A DNA stretch of 64,000 nucleotides from Eledone cirrhosa (taxonomy: Eukaryota), in assembly GCA_964016885.1 (NCBI GenBank), contig OZ024743.1, positions 98,270,001 through 98,334,000 on the forward strand, written 5' to 3'. Of this stretch, positions 55,440 to 64,000 are shown piece by piece; positions within the stretch are counted from its first letter, which is position 1, and each line of letters begins with the position of its first letter. A program made the translations under genes and the position numbers. The notes beneath the pieces were generated by a model. It was not told where the DNA came from. It did not search any database and saw nothing but the letters and a program-made list of their open reading frames with translations.

Positions 55440-56060
55440 GAGTGAAAAATGATGCTGTTTTGGTGCGAGAATGCAGCCCTGGCGAAGACCAGTTGACACT
55501 TCAAATTCCTTTGTGAGCTCACCGCTGATAGAAACCGTGGCGTGTATGCCATCATGGAAACTTCTGATGATAATAACCAGCTTGGAGATATTCCAAATTT
55601 GAGCAATAGGTGCCACATGATGTACTTCTTCGCTGTGTTAAAAGCCTTTGCCATATAACAAAGATGATGTGCAGTATTTGGTGCTGTTCACAGCACTTTT
55701 CAAGAAGCTGACGTAAGGCGAAGATTATATCGTTGGTTGACCTGTTGACCTTCTGGAAGGAATCTGCACAGTGGAAGGAATGTGTCAACAGTTCACCAGA
55801 TTAAGTTCAGGATAATCTTGGCGAAGAGTTTCCTTGTGGTGGCTAGCAGAGTAATAGCGTCTCCACCCTTGAAATCTTGTGACTTTCGTTCTTCCTGTCA
55901 GATAAAAGGGATAAGTTTCTTCGGGATCTTGGCCACCCGCTTTCAGGACTTCTGATGGGATGCAGTCTCGCCTAAGAGGTTGGTTGCATGAGAGCTGTTT
56001 AAGAGCTTTTGATAGCTCCTCGGTTGTTGGTACATCCTCCATTTCTTAAATATTGCATCA
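55440..56060 (-). pseudogene. Decayed RTE-clade reverse transcriptase fragment
   Basis: PTTEELSKALKQL..IPSEVLK, RSTNDIIFALRQLLEKCCEQ, AKAF, SFHDG, GLRQGCILAP spread over shifting frames. Confidence 0.85.
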
Positions 56061-57272
56061 GCCGACATAACTAGGATAAACCAACACAACAGACGTAACA
56101 CTGACAGTACCAAACTCCTAGATTTAAGTGTATAGCATCCAATGATTTTCCTCTCGGGTCCCACTGTCTGGCGACTGAAGAATATCATATCAATGTACCG
56201 TGAAGACTAGCTACGGATAAAGCTTACATTAGCATAACAGCGAACACTTTTAAGATACGACATAGCCAAATCTACATTCTTTCCGTGTCTCATCACAACA
56301 AAATGGTACTGCACTTATTCACTTATGGCAACTTAAAGAAAGCCAGCAATATTACCAGAACTAACGGAAGTGTCCAGCAGAGCTGTACCATATATAGGTA
56401 ATCTATTTCTCGATGGGTTACCTTATATGGTCTATCTAAACCTGTGCACACATATGCCACCCAACAACTTTATCTCTTTATTGAGTTATTCATTCTAAAA
56501 TGCATTTCATTTCCTTTCTATTCCCTATTTATCTCATTCCACCGAACGGTTACATTAACTAATAAACAATTTGTTCTATATTTTGTGCTGAATTAAGATT
56601 TAAGTTGTTTGCTGTATTCAATGCTATTTCCTTGTCTTCCTAAATATGAACAGTTTCTATTTTGAGAGAGACGTTTATCCATTCATATCCTTTCCAGTAC
56701 TTCAATAGTACTTATCTTATCGACCCTAGAAGGATTAAAAAGAAAATCTACCTGTATTTAATTTGAGCTCTAAAGACAATACATTTGTCCTCCATGCTAC
56801 CTATTGTTAAGCCAATACATTAGAGCGCTTTATATATGAGGGACTAAATCATTTTACTGTCTTTTGTATCCTAATACCTGTTAGAAAGAAACTTAAATAT
56901 TCTCATTTTTTTTCTCTAGGTTTATCTCTTTCAGAAGTTCATATTGGTTTTCGGAACATAGGAATATATGTGTCTCTGTGCGTGTGCGCATGTGTGTTTA
57001 CATATTATATATATATAGATTATATATATATATACATATGTTTGTTTACATATTATATATATATATATAACGAATGAAATGTGGTAAGGAATCAGATGGA
57101 CCATAACGCACCAAAGTACTCAATACTTAGGGTAGTAGAGTGGGTAATAGGAACGAGTAGGACCCCGACGGCTGAGCTCAAGACGTTTCGACGGCTAATT
57201 CTGGACTAAAATTAGTCCAGAATTAGCCGTCGAAACGGCTTGAGCTCAGCCGTCGGGGTGGTCCTACTCGTT

Positions 57273-57365
<93 letters not shown>

Positions 57366-57459
57366 TATGAGTATATGTTGGTTGTATACCAACACCTCAG
57401 TATGCAGAATGGAGCACTCGACGAAGTGCGCAGCTTGGTTTGGTTACTCCGGAGTAATG

Positions 57460-58537
57460 TAAAATAAAATAAAATAAATAAGTCAAATGTTTAAAATTTG
57501 GCTTCGATTATTACTGCTATATATATTTCGGTGATGTAGAGACACATTTATCTTATTTTATTTGAATCTTCATTTTATTTTTCACTTTTCATTTTCATTT
57601 TTCATTTTCCATATTCATTTTTCATTACTTTTTCATTACCTTTTCATTAATTTTTCATTTATTCTCTATTTATTATTTATTTTCTGTTTACTTCATTTTA
57701 TTGCCTTCTATTTCTTCATATACATGGCAGAAACCCCCCTCCCCCCTCACCACCACCACCACGGGATATGGTGGCAGGAGGGATGAAGAAACACACACAC
57801 AGATACTTCTAAATTGTCAGCAGCAGCAAGACATAAGCTGACCACAACACCAACAACACTACCAAAATAAGGGTAGAGGTCAGATTTACTTAACAATAGC
57901 AAACACAAACACTACAGGGAGCCTCACCCCAGAAAGAATTTCTATAGACTTTGGACTGAGGAATGCTCTCAAAACTGACCAATGGGAAGTTTGACCTTAC
58001 AAATCTTTATAACATTGAGATGGGTATAACACACACACACATTTTATTCGATTATTTTATTTTATTTTGTTCCTTTACCATCTTATTCCTTCTACCACTT
58101 TATCACTTTTTTTTTAGCTGATTCCAACAATAACACCTCTACCAACACAAGAATAGTGGTCAGATGTACCTAATAATAACAAGAACAACTACAGATTGGC
58201 TTGCCTCAGAACGAATTTCTATATACTTCTGACTGAGGAATGTTCTAACAACTGACCAATGAGAGGAGAAGAGGCCCTTTGACGCTGAAATTCGTTTGTT
58301 TGAATTCATATGATTCCAGTTCCTCAGTGAAATAACAACTCAACCAGGAACTGGGCATATCAGAGTATTGACAAAGTTATACACCTCAACAACATGTGTA
58401 CTCGTCTCTACCACACTAATTCGGACTGCCTGAAGAGGTCACAGCCAAAGATGGCTGTCACCGAAATATATATATATAGTAGTAATAAACGAAGCCAATT
58501 TTTAAACATTTGACTTATTTATTTTATTTTATTTTAT
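57460..58537 (+). mobile_element. ~1.08 kb pLTR-like element with an inverted ~75 bp copy of its 3' end at the 5' end
   Basis: 57460-57534 is the reverse complement of 58458-58537. Internal diverged duplication at ~57855-57985 / 58135-58262. Confidence 0.7.
58425..58483 (+). ncRNA. Type I hammerhead ribozyme whose stem III is an (AU)n tract
   Basis: ACUGC-CUGAAGA-GGUcACAGCC(aaagau)GGCUGUcACC-GAAAU-AUAUAUAU-AUA-GUAGU. Confidence 0.8.
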
Positions 58538-58596
58538 ATATATATATATCATATATATATAAATATACGAATATATATATATATTATAAGAACAGA

Positions 58597-58655
58597 TTAA
58601 AGCTTAAGCAAAGAATCGCTGATTTCACCCTTAGCGGGATCTTCTGAAACTCTAA
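58597..58655 (-). ncRNA. Hammerhead-like fold with variant core CAGAAGA; element family also at 28780-28957
   Basis: UUAGAGUUU-CAGAAGA-uCCC(gcuaa)GGGu-GAAAuCA...UGCUU-AAGCUUUAA. Confidence 0.55.
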
Positions 58656-58891
58656 TCTGCTTAAACTAATTTGCTTAAACTTTAATCTGTTCTTATAATA
58701 AATGTTCTGCGGGTTTTTATATATATATTTTTTTTTATATATCTATTATTACCCTTATTGAGCCCTCTTCCGATTTTAGTCCTCACATTTATTATTACTA
58801 TATATATATATAAAATCATGATTCTGGTATTCTCAGACATGACATCCTTAATATAATGTTGGTACTATATATATATGTATATGTGTGTGTG

Positions 58892-58985
<94 letters not shown>

Positions 58986-59878
58986 TGTATGTGTGAATGT
59001 AGAAAGGTAACACACGAGTTGATAAAAACAAATAGTAGAAAAGAAAAAGATTTTTCTGTAGAAAATGTTGAAGAGATATTTTTAGTGAAATTTGAAAGCA
59101 TTAATTTATTTACAATACTGGGCGGTGATTTGGCAGTATCGGTAGAGCGTCGGACATGCTTTCCAGCATAGTTACGTCCCTTTACGATCTGAGTTCAAAT
59201 CCGGTCGAGGTTAACTTTGCCTTTCATCCTTACGGGGGTCGATAAAATAAAGTACCAGTAATGTACTGGGTAATTGCTGGCCTTGTGCCTAAAATAGAAA
59301 CAATTAATTTATTTACAATACCGGTTTCAGCATTAAATGCATTGTCAATTGTGGGTATGCAGGATATTGTTAAGTTGCATATTTGTACAAATAGTGAAGA
59401 TAATGATAACAAATATATATATAGAGAGGGGAAGAAAAGTTAATTTTCGCATATGTGGTCCTTCGGAGAAGAAAGTCATTTTGTCTAAATCAAAGGTTCT
59501 CAAAGGAACTTCAGGGGGGCGTTAGGGGGGCGTTTGAGCTTTGGAGGCACTAGAGGGGTACCGGAAGGCTATTTACGTAGGTAAGTTTTATAAGCCATAT
59601 TTGTACGTCACTAAGACAGCCAGTGTGAATTCATTTGAATGAAAAAAACGAAAAAAAATAATTGAAAGAAGCTTGTCAACGAATCCCTAGGGAGGTAAAA
59701 AAAAACGAAAGAAATCGAAGAAAATAAAAATAAGGACAACTTCAACTTTGACAAGTTACAAGAACAACAGAAACGACAAGAAAAAGAAGCAATCATACAC
59801 ACACATACATACATACATACATACATACATACATACATACATACATACATACATACATACATACATACATACATCATA

Positions 59879-60281
59879 CATGGTGGCTGCCAACTCGTTT
59901 TCGAGTACGGCCACTACTTTACATCCATGTAGGAGAACCCCTACCGTTGCGCTGAACGAGTGTGACTTTTTAGTCCAGCCAGCGACTTGAAAACTCTGGT
60001 ACAAACACCACATCTGTGACAATTATTGACACATAGTGTTGGGCCCATGGTACCATGTGACGACAAATGCAGAGAGATCTCCAGATATAAAGCAATGCCT
60101 GTGCCGTGAAGCTTTTATAGTGAGCAAAGGCACTGCACAAAGCCAGTCCCACTCTCTTAACCAAGATGATATTTACCAAAAAGAAGAACAAGTCAACATC
60201 ATTGGATACCATCAGGGTTGCAGGTGTTATATCAGAGTTTTCCTTCTCCTAGAATTCTGCCTTGACAAAGGCTAAGGGGTC
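59879..60281 (-). mobile_element. 5'-truncated RTE-derived non-autonomous element (tail type B)
   Basis: Reverse complement of 36115-36518, flanked by (ACAT)n. Confidence 0.8.
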
Positions 60282-60346
60282 ATACATACATACATACATA
60301 CATACATACATACATACATACATACATACATACATGCATACATACA

Positions 60347-60585
60347 TAGAGGACATCTACGGACCATTGATGAGGAGTTTACAAATCCAGTATCCAAGAT
60401 ACACCTTTAGCTTCATACCCATCATTATTGGTGCTACGGGTTATATATCAACCCGCTTGGACCAAAGTATGACCGAACTTGGATTTGCGGACAAAAAGCG
60501 CAGCTCCCTAATTCATAGTCTACAAATGGCTGCGATAGCTGGCACCTTCAAAATTTGCAAAACATTCTTGCGATTCAAGGGATGA
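60347..60585 (+). pseudogene. C-terminal fragment of an R4/Dong-like RLE retrotransposon
   Basis: YGPL...IPIIIGATG...LG...LQMAAIAGTFKICKTFL matches the typical RLE C-terminal pattern. Starts directly at an (ACAT)n tract. Confidence 0.7.
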
Positions 60586-60942
60586 TAATTTCTTTTCTTT
60601 TACAACCTTGCCACCAGGAAGGTGGCCGGTCAAAAAAATATACTCGAAATTAAGAGAAAGAGAAAACATATACACACACAGGCTGGCGTTGGTGTTTGAT
60701 GAGGTTGAGAATCTGGCCAGCTTTCAGCCAGAGGTGTGGTATTTAATCTCTCTAGGTAATAAAATCTGGAGTCAAAATTCTTTCCTTATCAAAAAACATC
60801 ACTCATGTCAACATCCTTACACACTTAAATATAAATGCATGTATATATATACAAATGTATAAATGCATAGCTATAAACATAGGTAAATGTATGTATATAT
60901 ATGTATGTATGTAGATTTATATATATATATGTATGTATGTAG

Positions 60943-61019
<77 letters not shown>

Positions 61020-61022
<3 letters not shown>

Positions 61023-62472
61023 TTATAATATATAACCAGCAATTTCTCTGTCTGTCTGTCTGTCCGACGCGTAGAGTGAGAGTGAAAGAAAGAGACAGAC
61101 TACAAGAGGAGGATAGCGGGAGGGAGAGAGAGAGACGCTGGAAGAGGGGAAGTAAAGCTATGTCTTGCTGTCTGCATTACGATACATATATATATACACA
61201 CACACACTGAGCGCGTCATAATGACGTAATGCAGACAGCCAGACATACAGACAGATAATGTATCTATCTAAAAAGAAAGACTAAGAATTATATAGAGAGA
61301 ACGCTAAATCGCCTAATGCGGTCCCTAGAGCATTGAAAATTTGAAATAATTTTTGCTCAAAACACTCACAGGACCATAATTATTACATGTTTAAAGTTTA
61401 AAAACAATCGGTTGGATGGTTCTGAAGTTTTAGTGAGCTGACAGACAGACAGACATTCTCTGTTTTAGATATATAGACTAGCAGAAAACCGCAAACGGGT
61501 GGTTTTCTGCTAGTCTATATATATAAAACTGAGGATGTCTGTCTGTGTGTGTGTGAGTTTGAATCCCTAAAACTAGAGAAGTACCCAACCGACTTTTTTC
61601 AAACTTTACACATGTAATACTTATGTTTCAGGGAGTGTTATGAGCAAAAGAAGTTTCAAATTTCCAATGCCCTAGGGACCGCATTAGGCGATTTAGCGAT
61701 CTCTCTCTATAATTCTTAGTCTTTCTCTTTTTAGATAGATACATACATATAACGTCGCGCCCTTATAATATATGTCTGTGTGTCTGACTGTCTGCATTAC
61801 GTCATTTCCCATAATTCCCTCTCCGTCCAGAACGCGCCCTTATAATATCTGACTGTATGTCTGGCTGTCTTCTGCCTCCGGTTATTCTGCCACCCTTGCT
61901 CAAGACAAATCTCACACTCATTCCCCAAACAGTTGGTAAGTGCACACAACTTCTTCCTCACGTTTTAAGCCACAGTGTTGCTTAGTTACATACCACCAGA
62001 CCCTGCCAGCCGTGGTTGTGGCAATACTAAATTTAGCTAAGGCGGTTATATATTTCACACAACACTAAAAATGAAAGCCGGTAACTATGTATTAGTCACT
62101 CTCTTCTTCATACCGTGAGCAAAGAAAATCCAACTTTTTTATGGCGTAGGGCCCGCAGGGTTAAAAACTTCATTTTTTCAGCTTTTTAGGGCTTTTTTTA
62201 GGCGTTAAGTCTAGCCGATTTTCCCGAAATTTCAAGGCATATTATGCACATAAAAAAAATTCCTTTTCTTGATCCCCTAGGGCCCGCATTAGGTGAAAAC
62301 CTGCATTTTTCCTGCTTCATCAAGCAAAATCTTAAAGATTATCCAGCCATCAGAGTATTCGGTTTATTTTCTTTACATATTGTCGAGGTATGCAGTTTTT
62401 CCACGATTAGGTCTGTTGGAGGCCCGCGTTCCAAAATACCTTATCCCGTGCAACGCCGGGTACCACTGTTAG
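61020..62472. mobile_element. Composite of non-autonomous Helitron-like elements including an inverted pair (61260-61477 -, 61514-62472 +)
   Basis: 5' TCtatatatataaaa starts. 3' hairpin cccgtgcaacgccggg followed by ttag at 62469-62472. Arms 61260-61477 and 61514-61742 are diverged reverse complements. Confidence 0.65.
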
Positions 62473-62789
62473 GGTTTTATAAATACAAGGAATAGTTCTA
62501 GTATATATATATATTACACACACACACACACAGACACACATATATATATATATTTTGTTTTTTCAATCTGGTCTACCTCTGGATAGAACTCAATGTAATC
62601 TGGTAAAATCCATAGAGAAGTTCTGTGTTTCGCTGAATTAATGCTTTAGATACAGAGTCAGATATTAGGTATTAAATTCACAATAAAAATAAAAACAACA
62701 AAATAAAAACTAAGTTATAAAGTAACTTAACTTTGTGCTTTTTATTTTCATTGTTAATTTGATAACACACACATACACACACACACATA

Positions 62790-63015
62790 TGCGCAGTGTG
62801 ACAAGAAGCTTGCTTCCCAACCACATGTTTCCGTGTTCGGTCCCACAGGCCGACTAAAGCCCTGTGAGTGGATTTGATAGACCGAAACTAAAAGAAGTCC
62901 GTCGTGTGTGTCTTTGCGTTTGTGTTTGCGCTCCCACCAATGCTTGTTTGTTTGTTGACGTCCCCATAACTTACCAAGGTGATGCTCCAGCATGGGCGTA
63001 GTCCAGAGACAGAAA
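62790..63015 (+). mobile_element. Third SINE family copy (tRNA-like head)
   Basis: gcttgcttcccaaccacatg..gttcggtccc head; a related diverged head lies at ~5085-5155. Confidence 0.5.
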
Positions 63016-63026
63016 AAAGTAATGTG

Positions 63027-63090
<64 letters not shown>

Positions 63091-63457
63091 CGTGTGTAGA
63101 AGAAGGGTTTCAAACTCAAGAATATAAAAGGGCCATTACGTCCTGGAGGAGAGGCACAGTGGGCCAAACGTGGTGGTGGGTGATTGTTTTCACCAGTTAT
63201 AATCATTTCTACTATAGGCGCAAGGCATGAAATTTAGGGTTTAGGGTCCCATCGATTACATCGATCCCAGTTCACAACTGTTACTTAATTTATCAACCCC
63301 AAAAGGATGAAAGGCAAAGTTGAGATCAGCGGAATTTGAACTCGGAATGTAAAAACGGAAGTACTGCTAAGCATTTCGCCAGATGTGCTAACGATTTCAC
63401 CAGCTCACCGTCTTATTTCCACCAGTTATAATGGAATCTTAAATATTGGTTCTACCA

Positions 63458-63502
63458 CGGGCCATAGAAAAGTAGTTCGCGGGCCGCATGTTTGAACCCC
63501 TG
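63458..63502. mobile_element. hAT-type MITE terminus
   Basis: gcgggccgcatgtttgaacccctg, i.e. a CAGGGG.TCAAAC-type TIR on the minus strand. Confidence 0.45.
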
Positions 63503-63590
63503 TTGGAGACATAGATAGATAGAGATAGACGTGTACCAAAGACACATACACACACACATTTCTTACTCTCTCTGTCTCTCCCTCTTTCTT

Positions 63591-63680
<90 letters not shown>

Positions 63681-63969
63681 AACGAGTAGGACCCCGACGG
63701 CTGAGCTCAAGCCGTTTCGACGGCTAATTCCTATTACCCACTCTACTGCCCTAAGTATTGAGTACTTTGGTGCGTTATGGTCCACCTGGTTCCTTACCAC
63801 ATTTCCTTCGTTATATATATATATATATATATATATATAGCGTTGTTATTTGACGTTGTTGAAAAGAGCAGTAGCCTTTGACCCGGCAATAAAAACTGGA
63901 GACAAAATTCTTTCTATACCAAAAGCAAGGCACACGCAGACACACACAGTTTGTGTGTGTGGGGGGGGG

Positions 63970-64000
<31 letters not shown>

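Overview
AT-rich, microsatellite-saturated animal genomic DNA. The tRNA-derived SINE families and repeat landscape look cephalopod/octopus-like, which is an inference. Nearly all long ORFs in the track are (AT)n/(GT)n/(ATGT)n or minisatellite artefacts. Real content: (1) a 5'-truncated Penelope-like retroelement (RT + GIY-YIG, ~16092-19976) whose ~1,125-codon frame is broken only by one in-frame TGA, a candidate selenocysteine codon as described for Naiad-clade elements; (2) about 20 intact or degenerate type I hammerhead ribozyme motifs from many distinct short elements, mostly flanked by (AT)n tracts and often part of fold-back palindromes, several of which turn at hammerhead stem II; (3) RTE LINE remnants plus a non-autonomous RTE-derived family with structured 5' and 3' ends that nests in (ATGT)n; (4) CRE-like, R4-like, hATm, mariner and Helitron remnants; (5) a 3.8 kb 32-bp minisatellite; (6) one plausible host gene, a two-exon ~136-aa secreted protein on the minus strand (33538-31582). 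All RNA structures were folded by eye and repeat boundaries are approximate.
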